From the NCBI RefSeq assembly GCF_000315625.1, contig NW_005434664.1, positions 748,131 through 812,130 of the forward strand: DNA of 64,000 nt, given 5' to 3'. How positions within the stretch are numbered: the stretch's first letter is position 1; every line of letters starts with the position of its first letter. Of the stretch, positions 1 to 11,824 are shown one piece after another. The notes below the pieces were generated by a model. It was not told the DNA's origin, ran no database searches, and worked only from the letters and a program-made list of their open reading frames with translations. This DNA comes from Guillardia theta CCMP2712 (Eukaryota; Protista; Cryptophyta). A program made the translations under genes and the position numbers.

Positions 1-1374
1 ATTTACTATGTACAGTCTCGATATGGATAGGCCATCATCGTTGCTCGTGAGTGCAATGTAAGTGTTGTTCATAGGCGTAAGTGGGGTGGGTGGTCCATTT
101 GGCTGCCTTGATTTTCCGTGGGTTGAAGTGTACTGCAGTTTACGTGTACCACTTGACCTGTAAACATCTGGTAATGTTTATTTACAACCATTATACAGGT
201 ACCGATTTCTAAAATGTTGTTTTAAGAATTGTACAAAAGATTATATTTATGACTTATTATAAAATTGACCTGTCCCCCCACGACGGTGGTGGGAGCGCAT
301 GAGAAGACAATGTTGGGTAGGGTGATTTTAGGGGTAAAATCAGGGGTTCTGAGTGGGAGTCAAAACTCACTTTTCGAAAACAAGTCTTTTGAAAAACTAT
401 TATCTTGATATTATCCCAGTTTTTAGGTTGCAATCAGTTCTTCACAAATCTTCCTCTCAAATTCAAAAATCTCATACTCATTTCAAATATTTTCAAGGTT
501 TAAAACAATTGGAGTGACACCGCTCAGATTCTTTCTGCTGAAGGGCGCTAGGTACCAGGAATTGTAAAGATAGTACAACGTGTTTTAGATTTATGTTCAG
601 GCACCTATAAAATGTTAAATGTTTCTAATTTTGTAATCCCTTTCAACACTTTGGCGAGTCGCAAGAAGCCGTGACAAGTCCATCAATACATTTTTAAAAC
701 TCATATATAGCTTTTAAAATACATCAGTTAGCTGGGTGGTGGCATGGGACAGGTAAAAGGGGGGGTAGGGTATCACCTCGAGATTTAAGGACGAAAGAGA
801 CACAACCCTATGATAGGAGACTTCTGGGTTAAATCGGGTTAAGTTAAGAGGAATGTTCTTAAATTGGGAGGATTTGATCTAAATTATGGGGGAAAAGAGC
901 TAAGCTTGGCAAGAAGAGGGCTAAAACAGCGCTGCATGAGCGAGCAGCCAGGCAGCGCTCATGCTCAGAGGAGAGTCCGGGTGGGAGGGGAGTTGGCGGC
1001 CAACGACACGGATGTGGAGGATGCGATGCAGAGTAGGGAGAAAGGAAGTCATCTGTGATAGTGTGAGGGTGTAGAAGTGAGAGGATTTTGACCGGCGGAG
1101 CTCGGCAGGAAGTTTTCAGGTGTGCGTGCAATTGCGGTGATTCAGGGAGTCCAGGCACCAAGGAGGACGAGCGCAGGCTATCAAGATGTGGATATAAGAG
1201 AACGTTGAGCCAGGGAGAGATATAGAACTCGAGAAAGCGGGCATATGGAGAGCTCAAACAGCAGTAATGCTTTTGAACTCAATGCCTTTCATCTCTTGGT
1301 TTCCAACTCTTTGTGCTATTAGTTGATGCGTTACGAACACAGCAATCATTTTGCTCGCTCTTACCGACTCTTCA

Positions 1375-2114
1375 TCACTGCTCCTGTTTGTTCAAGTAGC
1401 TGATATATTCCTTTTTGTAGTGAATCTGCGCAAGGGCGTCTTTAAGTTTGCGACAAAGAGCACTTGGAGGGCTTCTTTTTGCAGCAGGACCTCTCATTGA
1501 AGACCGACTCTGCTGAGCATGAAGAGCACGAGCAACACCGTGCTCACAGATGAAGAGGTGCTGCATTCTGGCTGGGGTTGAAAGCCAGAGGACGTGACAG
1601 GCGTGTGATGCAGATCATCACTGTGTACTCGCTGAGATCAAAGGCGACGTCCTCCGGCAGTCTGGTGAAGGAGCTCTGCTTCCTCCGACGCATTCTGACG
1701 CTTCCTCTCGTTCAGACTCACCAGGCTGCTGCTGGTCGTAGCGCGGTCGTTGCAGAGATGTTCAAAGTATCTCCGAACCTGGTGAGGCAGCTGCTGGAGA
1801 CAAGCTGGCTGCGCTGATGCTCGTGCCAGGTTCGAGACCTCTGGGCGCGGAAGGTGTACAGGTGAGCGCTGGATGGGAGGAGGAGAGGAGGAGAGGAGGA
1901 GAGGAGGAGAGGAGGAGAGGAGGAGAGGAGACGTGCTGACTCCCTGGCTTCAGAGAGGTCACCCTCCCTTACTGGACGGAAAGGGAGAAAGTGCTGAGCG
2001 CATGCGAGGAGGTAAAGCATGTGCCTCAGTTCGCTCCCGCCTCACCTCTTCCGCAGCTGAGGTCTGGGCAGACGACGAGCCTGCTGGCCCTGCCTCCCAA
2101 TCTGAGTACGCCAT
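1375..2114 (-). CDS. Hypothetical spliced protein
   Basis: ATG at 2114 (MAYSDWEAG...). Several GT-AG introns of ~45-90 nt join open frames (RSPVHLPRPEVSNLARAS..., SSFTRLPEDVAFDL). No recognisable domain; 3' end uncertain. Confidence 0.4.
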
Positions 2115-2693
2115 CCCTTACATTACGAGGGCTGCGATGTGACTGTGTTGGCAGCGAAAGGGAAAGCGAAGAATGCTGACAAGCGAACGGCAACGGTGAA
2201 TACGAGCATCGTCATTGAAAAACAAAAGTGAGGAGAAAATGCTGCTCCTCATCCCCTCCCTCTCTCTTATATTCACTTTGTTCTTGAGCAGTAGCTTCAA
2301 GGATTCATCTCCTATCGAAAGGAAGGAAGCGGTCAGTCTCAACGATCAGGAAACGAACAAGAGGAGACTGGTAGCGGACAACGCACATGTACGCTCCTCC
2401 TCTTCCAGTGCGTTTGAGTCTCATCCCTGATCTTCAGGTCCCTGTGAATCTGATTGGAAATGGAGCAAGTCAAGTTCCTTTTGAAGCAAGGTGAAATTGA
2501 GTTTCCATCCTCAACGAGATGAACTTGAAATTCCATCCTCAACTTGGTTGTTGTGGTGGTCGTGCTGATGTCGATTGAAGCAGACCAAGGGGTTTGCGCG
2601 CCTCTCCGCAGGTAGAGTTTTTTCCAGCCCCCAGTCCGTTGGCATCAGGTTTGACTGCAAACCTGCGACATGCTCTGATCTGACCGCCCGTAG

Positions 2694-3745
2694 CAGACTC
2701 CTTCCTCCCCGTCAAGAGGGGGCACGACGATACTCATCGCGCGAAATTCCAGCCAAGGAGCTGCCCCGACGCGTCCTCCTACCTCCCTTCTGTTGAGATC
2801 AACGACTCACCGGAAGAGGAGGGTGTCCAGCACAACTCGTACTTTGAGGACCTCATTTTCTCCTCCAAGCCGCAGGAGGGATGCAGCAACTTGTCTAGTG
2901 CGTACGAGGAGTTATGCAGCGTGGAGATCAGCGCGGAGGAGATGGCAGGCAGCAGCAACGACGGGCGGGCAAACGTCGAACCTAACAACTCTCGCTTCGA
3001 TGGGTTCTGGAGTGGCGGTGCCAACGAAGCCCACCACCATCAAACCCACGAGGGCACGATTAAGGATGCGGCAGCAACGAGGCCGGCACAATCTGGCGGG
3101 AGCTACTACAACAAGGTCCCATATGCGCATCAGGATGGTTTCTTCGACTTTGACAGCAGCGTCGCTCGCTACGATCATGCAGAATGTTGTTCTCCCGCCC
3201 TCAGCGACAGGCAGCAGTTCGACATGTCAGAGTCAATGATGAGGAACGAGCCATTGAAGCAGAACGGCTCTACTGCCATGCCTGGCAGCTTCTACTGCAG
3301 CCCCGCCCCTCCTTCGTGCAAGGCGGAGCAGAGTACGCAGTTCTTTGACCAACGTGCATGGACGGCCTACCCGCCAACGAATGCCCCCTCCATGTCGGGC
3401 TTGCAGGAGGAGCGAGGAGCTGCATGGGATCGCTCTGCCTCCTGCCCCTCTTACTCGGACAACGAGCTGTATGCGCAATCGTTGAACTCGTATGTCTCCT
3501 CTCCTCCCTGCTGCTTTCCTCTCTCTTTCCCTTGTTCCTTGCCCTCTCCTCTGCCTAACTGCTCCTCATCCCTCAATGCTGTAGAGCTACTTCCAAGTAT
3601 CTAACTGGCAGCTGCAGATGGAGCAGTCTGGGGGAGTGCGACTCACTGAATCGGGTAAGAAGCAGGGGAAGGAGAGTGTTCCACTGAACCTTGTCTGCAG
3701 CGATTCGATACCGTTGCCGTTGAGCAGCTGCAGTCGTACATCTGA
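2694..3745 (+). CDS. Hypothetical Ser-rich protein (5' end uncertain)
   Basis: Long open exon from ~2694 (DSFLPVKRGHDD...SSAYEELCS...ELYAQSLNS), followed by two small exons joined by GT-AG introns and ending RFDTVAVEQLQSYI* at 3745. Confidence 0.5.
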
Positions 3746-4087
3746 GTGGGAAGCTGATAATGGGAGGTGTGGATAGTGAGGAGGAGAGGCAGCAAGGTAT
3801 TCTTTTGTAAAGATTTCAAGAACCCACTCCCACTCTCTCACGCACGATACAATGGTGTTGTTCAATCAGTTCGTTTTGTTGGGGAAAATCACATCGAAAG
3901 CGTAAATGTACAGATCCACTCGTGTCCACGGCTGTTCCCTCAGTCGTCATACAGCAGAGGGCTGTCAAACGAATGTGAGCAGGGAAAGAGACAACAGTCG
4001 GAAGAAAAGAGCGAAGATAACGCTAAAGAGCACAGAGGAGGGGATAGAAATTGACAGCAGAAGCGATCAGGAGGAGGGGAGCGGGTT

Positions 4088-5406
4088 TTACCGAGGGTAT
4101 GCCAGCACTCGTCGCACAGGCATCGGCATGCTCTTGCGGATCAGGGTGGTGAAACCTCCGGCGGACCCTGAGATCAAGTCGACGAAGAGGAACTGCCAGG
4201 GAGCAAGGCAGATCAGCAAAGGCACACAAAGAACATGAGAAGACACTGCAGGCCCTCCCCCCCCCCCTTACTCCTCTTCCTCCTCCTCCGCCCTTACACT
4301 CCCATTGTCCTCGTCCTCTCATAGCTAGGACTCACAGAGAAGCTGAGCCACGAGGCCGCCTGCGCCAGCATGTCGAAGTTCTTGTCGTCCACGCAGACGG
4401 CAGCCGCCATAAGGAGCATGGGCGCCGTGATCAAGGCTAAGAGCTCGTCAGCTGCAGGGCAGCACGGCAAGACAGCAACCTATCGATGCTGCTGATCGGA
4501 AGTTGGTCATGGACGTGTCCTTGGGCCGCACCTGGCATGAGGAGGGGGGGAAGGGAAGACAAGGAGGAGGCAGGATGACAAGGACGGACAGAGTTTCGAG
4601 GAGGAGGAAGGTGGGGAGGAAGCGGAAAAACAGGATAATTTCAGCTGCTGCAAGACTCTACTGCCTCCTTTCTCACCTCAGTTGACAGGGACGTGGAGAC
4701 GCTGGTGGCGGGGTACTGCAGTTCAGACGGTGGCGGACCCGAGGACTTGGTGATCTCCCCCGAGCTGACCGCGGCAGCAGGAAGAGAGGAAGGGAGCGAG
4801 GCCTTCCTGTCGCTCTTGGAGAAGAGGGAGGAGACTTCCTTGGGAGACTTGTACGTCGGGTACTTGAGGTCTTCAAGCTTGCTTTCAAGCTGGGTCTCCC
4901 TCTTGAACTTGTCAACAGTCCAGAACGCAAGGGCTGCAGAGACCTGCAGGAGTGTCAGAGAACACGAGCAGACGGATCGTTTCGAATCCTCCACGGAGGA
5001 ATTGGAAGGAAAACGAGCGTGCGTGCTGGGTTATCACCTGTAGGAAAACCATGACCTTGTCGAATGCCCATTCTGCAACTCTCCAGAGGAAGTATCTCTT
5101 TCCTACCCACTCAATCCTCCTTCCTGCGGACTGGCTAATTTCGGTTTTCTCCCGGGGACGACGAGCCATCGCTGAGAATTTGCTCTCGCCCACCATTCTT
5201 TCCACTTCTACTCCTCCTTGCTTCGTTTCCATCCCCCTTCCTGAGTAAACAAGAGCGGGTTTCATTCCCAAGGATGCTGATGGTGACGACATTCCTCGAG
5301 ACAGTAGTGCTGGAGACGGTGAAGGAAACGCTGGAAGCTGAAGACCTGCGCTCAATCCTGCTCCTGATCCTGCTCCTCCGCTCACAAACGCCATAGACGT
5401 CGCCAT
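4088..5406 (-). CDS. Hypothetical membrane protein
   Basis: ATG 5406 (MATSMAFVSGG...). Exons ...AFDKVMVFLQ | VSAALAFWTVDKFKRE... | ...ALITAPMLLMAAAVCVDDKNFDMLAQAASWLSFS | FLFVDLISG...VLAYPR*. Hydrophobic C-terminal segments. Confidence 0.55.
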
Positions 5407-6074
5407 TGCTCCCCGATGCCGACCTTGTAACACCACCCCTACCCCTGTCTATTGACTCATCTTCAACAAGGTACTTTATACCCCACCCCTCATTCCCCCT
5501 TGTTGTACCCTCGTTCTACTGAAAATTTATGACCCATCTGCTGGTTGTGGAACACTACCCTACCCTATCAAAACCCCAAAGTACCCCACCAGATGACCGT
5601 AATCGATACTTCTCCATTCAGCACCACCCCTACCCCAAGGTCTTCACATTCACGAATAGTTCAGAAATCGCAATCTTTCGTTTAATAATTGAGGCGGGCT
5701 TATGAAATGCATTTAATTCACCCCTCTGTTTCAGTCTTACCACCCTTCATTTCCTAGGGTAGTTCGTTTCGTTTACAGCTTTACTCATCTTACAGCAGCA
5801 CAACAATTATAAAGCGATGACCCCACCATCATCGATAAGATGACCCCACCCCCTCAATAGCGAGAACACCGACCCCTATGGCATTGTACTCCGTTCACCC
5901 ACCGCTTCTATCCCCAACACATTTCAGGCTAATGGACGGGTAGTCAGTGGCAAGTCAGTACAAGAGCACCCGGTACCTCTGCAATACCACCGGCTGCTGA
6001 AAGTTCTCTCGGCACTGAACTCCGTCACTGCTCGTACTGATTTTTAACTTAACTATGAGTAACAAGAGACTGAT

Positions 6075-6665
6075 GTCGCCGCCGTGACTCACCGTCCCGG
6101 GCGCGGCCCGCCGGGCCGAGTCACGGCCGGGCAGCGAACCGTTGCGGCCAGTTTCCGGGAGCTCAACCGACCGGGTGGCAGGTTGAAATTGCCGGGACCG
6201 TCCGGGCCGTGACTCCGAGGAGTCGGACTCAGTGACGTCACCGGGCCGGCGCAGCGCCCGGCCGGGCCGGGCCCGGGCCCTGTCCGACGTCGGACTGAGC
6301 CTCGGAGCCTCGGAGCCGGCGGCTCAGCCGCGGTGCCACTGGCCGCTGAGCTGGGTCGGGCCGACTCCCGGTCCCGGCGAGCACTGGTGGCAGTCACTGG
6401 CCACCGTACGCCGCCGAGTACGATCACCCGGGCCCCCGGCGGCGGCCCGCAGCCTCCGAGTCCGACTCGGCGACTCGCCGAGTCGCCGAAGTTCAACTCA
6501 GTTGAAGTTGGAAACCCGGATAGGTGCAACTTTCATGCCGCCTCAGGCAAGTTGAAACTTGCCGCCGGCCCGGAGTCCGATCATCCGAAACTTAGTTCAA
6601 CGGCGTGGCCGGGCCGGGCCACGAAAGTTCCCCGGATGATCGCCGGATTTTGGCCGGCGACCCTA
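6075..6665. other. GC-rich palindrome-dense non-coding island 1
   Basis: Abrupt jump in GC content; dense CCGG, GAGTC/GACTC, GTGAC/GTCAC and AAGTT/AACTT words; multiple perfect short inverted repeats. Confidence 0.8.
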
Positions 6666-8582
6666 TCGCAGAATGGAGGCCGCAACGAACAGGAAGGTAT
6701 CACCCCTACCTACCTTTGACATGACCCCACCTATGTCTACAAGTTTTCATTGTTTTTAACCCCTTGTTTCCAGAGTCAAGTACCCCACTTTTCATAGCTC
6801 ACTATTTCACGCAGTCTCGACCTACCCCTACATTGTACCCTACCCTTTTGACCATATTCCGCACCCCCACGTACCTAGTGTCAACCCACCTCTCTCACGA
6901 AACGTATGATGGAAGCTGTACCCCTACCCTTCCTAATCTTATCTCTTCCTGTGACTACCATACAATTTGACATTATTAATGAGGGTGGGGGTCAATACCC
7001 TACCTATTATTTAATATCATCTTTAGGACCCACCATGTTCGATTGAAGCTAAATGGAACATCCCCGGTGGGTGGTATCACCCCACCCCCACGTGGGCCTT
7101 CTCGTGCGTGTGCTGCAGGCGTAGGGGAGGGTTTGCATATCGATAGGGGTTATGCTTCATGTATAGGATTCAGGATGTGCCCCTTAGACCCCACATGTTG
7201 TACCATCAAGTTTATCAGTTAAGCACTCAGTTGAAACATTGATGTAAAGTTCAAACTTTTCAATGTTATGGTTTCAAATTATATGATAAAATTTGTACCA
7301 TGTTTGAATACGCGATGGCCACACCCACGGTTGACATGTGAAAGAAGAATCAGACTACTTCACAAAACAATAAGATTGAGAAATTTCAAATAAGGTCTGT
7401 ATATTTATTGGTATATTTGAATTTGATAATGAATGAATGAAAATAATTTTCTTTTTTCCAAACTGTTCATAGAGTCATTCCTCAGCTACGCACCTCAAGC
7501 CCTTTACTACCCCTTCCTTTTGGTGCTTTATCACCCCTCGGCCCCCAACCCTCGCTGGAAAAACGTCCAAAGTGGCGGCGACGATGGTTAACACATTTCG
7601 TCGTTGCCATGAGGAGGGACGATGCTGAGTTGGGGTAGCAGCAGACAGAGGAGGGAATTGATGCACAGATGGCATGAGGAGACATGCTCTTCGATCAAGA
7701 GGAAGCAGTTCTGCTCGTGGCCTTGTAGCAGTAACGATGGAGGCACGCGAGGATAGCAAAGCAGTCGTAGCTTACAGTGGTAGATTGAGGATAGAGTATC
7801 AAGGGAGGAGGGTGAAATGGATACCGCAGTTGATCAGGTCTTGATGCAAGAGGGTGGCAGCTCCATGTTTTCCCTTGCATGCGGTGATAGGGTATGATCG
7901 GGAGCAGCAGCAGCATTTACATCTTGGAGGGACGGAAAGCAGTTTTGAGGTGCAATGAGTCAAAATTACGCCCGGAATTGGTGAGATCGGACTGTGAGTG
8001 ATCAGGCAGTGAATGAAATACCAGAATCATACTGAGAATCTCCTTATCCGTGGAGCAAATACATCGAATCGTAGTACGTGCAATGTTGATTGGCCTAGAG
8101 TGTTTTCTTGTACCGGACGTCGAAAAGATGTTGATTGCCCTGGAGTGTTCTTTAGATGTATTAAGATCTGTTCGACGTCCGGTACAAGACACAATCTAAT
8201 GATTGCCAGTGTAGTCCTTTGAGGAACTGATAGTTCTAGAACATGAGCATTGTAGGTTGCAGAACAGAAAGAAACAAAGATATGAAACTTCCAACTATCG
8301 GTGGCAGGATGTTTTCGTGAACGGATATCGTGTTTTCGCTGTTCGTTCAATGATATCACAGTGATGGAATTGCCACAACTCATCTCGGCCTATGTTATGA
8401 GAGCATGAGTCGTGATGTGCTGTCATGTATACTGCTCTGTCCGGAGATGATGTTTAGGTTTTAGTTCAGAGGTTTTGTTGTCTCGTTCGCAATCGATAGC
8501 TAATTGTGCGTGACTACAATCAGTTTGTTTACAACAATGGTGAGTAAGAGATTCTTGCACTGAACGTTTGATGTGAACAGGC

Positions 8583-9703
8583 ATGGCTCCTCCAAAGTTT
8601 AAGGATCTCGGCAAGAAGGGAAATGACTTGCTTGGCGAAGATTACGACTTCGACCACAAGTTCGAGGTCAAGAGCAAGTTGGCCAACGGGATTGTGAGTT
8701 GATGACGGAGACGAGGACGATGGGTAGTGACGTGTTCCCTGCAGGAGATCAAGTCCACCATCAAGCAGAGCGCTAAGGATGGAATGCTCAGCGCTGTGCT
8801 CGAGGGAAAGAGGAGCGTGATGAACATGGACTGCACTCTTAAGACCACCCATCAGATGGAGCCATCCCTCGCCGTCGAGCACAGGTGCCTCTTACTTGTT
8901 GCCTGCCATGCGCATGGACTAACTTGTGATGGCCAGCAAACTCCTTCCCGGACTCAAGCTCAGGCTCGACACCGACTCCAAGTTGAACAGCACCCTTGCT
9001 GCTGACTACAAGCTCGACAACTTGATGATCACGTCCAAGATCAACCCCGCGAAGGCCAACATCGACATCGATGCTGCTTTCGGCTTGGGCTCCTTGAACG
9101 CAGGCGTCAAGACAGCTTACAACTACGGTAGGTCGGCTGTCTTCTTGCGTGGGAGAGGATGCGGAGATGGCGCACAGGGAGGAGTGGGTTTTTACTTTCT
9201 TGGCAGGAAAGGGATCCTTGGCCACCCCCGAGCTCAGCGCTGAGTTCAAGGTGGATGCCTACAGCGTGCAAGTGGGATGCAAGAACTTCGGCGAGTCCAT
9301 CTCAGGAGTTGTGCACACCGAGATCAGCAAGGGAACGGAAGTTGCTTTGAGCTTCGAGCAGACGAGCAAGAACAAGAACACTGACCTCAACCTCGCCATC
9401 GGTGCTGCATGGCAGGTTGGATATGAGGAGGAGAGGCGAGGGAGGAGGAGATGAGAAAACTGACGGAGTTTTGTCAAGATCGACAAGGACAGCAGCTTCA
9501 AGGCTAAGGTGGACAAGGACGCTATGATGTGCGTGTCATACGTTCAGCAAGTCCGCCCCGACCTCAAGATCAAGGTAGAGGAAGTACAGTGTCGAAGGAG
9601 GAGGCGCTGACAAGAGGGGCAGGTCGCTGGTCAGATCCAGGCAGCCAAGTTGACTGCAGGAAACGCTCACAGGTTCGGAATCACTGCCCTTTGGAACATG
9701 TAA
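8583..9703 (+). CDS. VDAC: Mitochondrial outer membrane porin (VDAC)
   Basis: N-terminus MAPPKFKDLGKKGNDLLGEDY is typical of VDAC. Alternating beta-strand pattern; IDKDSSFKAKVD...VSYVQQVRP; terminal beta-signal HRFGITALWNM*. Five short GT-AG introns. Confidence 0.93.
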
Positions 9704-9898
9704 GGAGCAGGGTAGAAGCCGTTTTTTGTGAATCTCAGATCTTATTTTGCATGCTGCCATAGAAACTGTAAAGACAAGTTTGATTCATTAAACGAACATT
9801 TCATTGGCAATCGAGGGACGTGAGTTCAAATCACTTTATTTGAGTTCTTAGTTTACACGTTGGCTAGAACAGCATCTGCAAATTGACTGGCTCTTGAT

Positions 9899-11824
9899 TT
9901 ATGCATCCAGTCCCCTGCCTTTGCTCTGCTTCACAAAATCGTCGTTGATGATGGCTCTCTTTTCTTCTGGAACCTGCAACACCATCATTCCCTTCCTGGA
10001 CAAGGTTCTCCTTGCTCACGTAATATCCTGCATACATCTTGGCATCGATCTCAACGTGAGCATCCGCAGGAATCATGTCGTCGGGGATAGGAACTCTCTC
10101 CAAGACCTGTGGGGACATCAGACCACCTGGTCGCCATGACTCAATGTTCAAAGTGACCTTGATGCCGGACCCAGTGATAGCGTTGTACTTCATGTCACTC
10201 ATGGAGATCAGCTTATCGATCTTGGTGATTCCAAGCCTGAAGAAAAGACACAGTCAGCATTGACAGTGTGCTGTAAGACAGTGAGCTATACCAATGGAGG
10301 GCATCCGGCATGAGTTCTTGGAATCGCATGTCTTCCACTCCAGCAACACAAGCAGTGCGATGGAAGTACGTTTCTGTAGAAAGCAGATGTTAGCCGAATC
10401 ACAGCAACTAATCAACCAACCTGCACGATCTCCACCCTCTTGCCTCTTCCTGGCATTGTAAACCAAGAACTTGGTAACCTTTCAACCCAAGTCAGTTCCA
10501 CCACCCAAGGAATCCTCCAAACTCACCTCGCCAAGAGAGCGTCCCTCCTTTCTGAAGTACACGATGACACCGACGCCACCATTCTGAGCGGTTCTTACGC
10601 ACTCCTCGATCCCATGCACGAGATAGGGTCTGTCAATACAATCTCAGCTACTTGCAAACATTTGCGTCAAAATGACCACCTGCAGGTGCAGATATCGGAG
10701 CCAAAGACATCCGACCCGTTGCACTCATCATGAACCCTCACAGTGCAAACCTTGGAAGGATCTTGCAGATACTCTGCTGGTCCGAAGATGTAGACGGTGA
10801 GTCCTCCGATGGGGGGAAGGAAGACCTCCAAGTCCGATCTGGTGATGAGCTCGGGGAACATCCCACCAGTCTGCTCGAACATGCATCGTCGGAGGGTTGC
10901 CTCAGTGATGTTGAACCTCTGGGCAACGCCTGGAAGGTACCAAACATGTTCGATCGCTGCCTTGGTCACCACACAGGATCCATCGGATTGCAAAATGTTG
11001 CCGTCGGCCTGCAGCCTGCCCTTCTCCATGGCCTCCACCAGCTCCAACATCTGGATGTGCGCCTTTGTGATCGCAATGGTTGGGCGAATATCGACTCCCT
11101 CCTTGAGGTGCGACCCGTATGAGTCGACAATCATGTGTCCCCATGGGTCCATGGATACAATCTTGGTAGGATCGAACCAAGAAGGGTTTGGTGGAATCAT
11201 AACAGGGGGGGCCGTGTTGTGAAGATCCGGGCGGAACCTAGCGAGGAATCGAGGTCAGAATCGAGCTGATCGCAGCAGTGAGAAAATGTTACATGGGGTC
11301 CATCTTTCCAGCAGCCACGGCGATGGACCGATACACACTGTACGAACCGTTGTGTGTCCCGATAGCATTACGCAAGCGAGGCTGAGCGATCAAGTTAGAA
11401 GCAATGTGAAGAATCATGCAATGCTAAGGTACCTGGCTCAAGGTAGCGATGATTGGCCCACGCTCTGCAGGGCTTGTGGCGCCCCACTTGATTTGAATCG
11501 GTGACCCTGCTCGTGGGTAAGATCCCGGCTACACAAGGAACGTAGGACACCTCGTCGTGGGTGTGTAGTCAGCACAACATGGGATTTGGTGTTGTATTCT
11601 CCTCTCTTCTGATCTCTTCCCCAGGCGTTGCTTTTCTAAGTTGCATTTGATTACATGAAACTTTGTACAATTGAAAGCAATACCTCCTGGCCTTGGCCTT
11701 CTTTCAACTTCATTTGTCCGAATGCAGCTTCAAAATTGAAAGCTGCCTGCTCATTGGGGGAGCCAGAGACGCAGTGATCGCATCCTAAAGTAAATCCTGT
11801 TGCTGATTCAACCATGGGAGGCAT
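9899..11824 (-). CDS. urg1: URG1/URC1-type GTP cyclohydrolase II-like protein
   Basis: Spliced translation gives HVVLTTHP, IKWGA..AERGPIIAT, RNAIGTHNGSYSVYR, KIVSMDPWGH, GVDIRPTIAITKAH, EQTGGMFPELITRSDLEVFLPPIGG, Zn-binding VRVHDECNGSDVFGSDICTCRPYL, RKEGRSLGEVTKFLVYNARKRQ, SMSDMKYNAI, and ends KGRGLDA*. Confidence 0.92.

Noticed and set aside
859-1257. Short ORFs after the first intergenic region
   Set aside because: No homology or clear splice structure; cannot support a gene call.
8083-8220. CRISPR-like repeat-spacer pattern
   Set aside because: Only two imperfect repeats, the 'spacers' are reverse complements of each other, the context is eukaryotic and no cas genes are present; kept as a hairpin finding instead.
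7950-8560. Possible C/D snoRNA cluster (several TGATG-like words)
   Set aside because: No convincing paired RTGATGA/CTGA boxes or rRNA antisense elements identifiable by eye.
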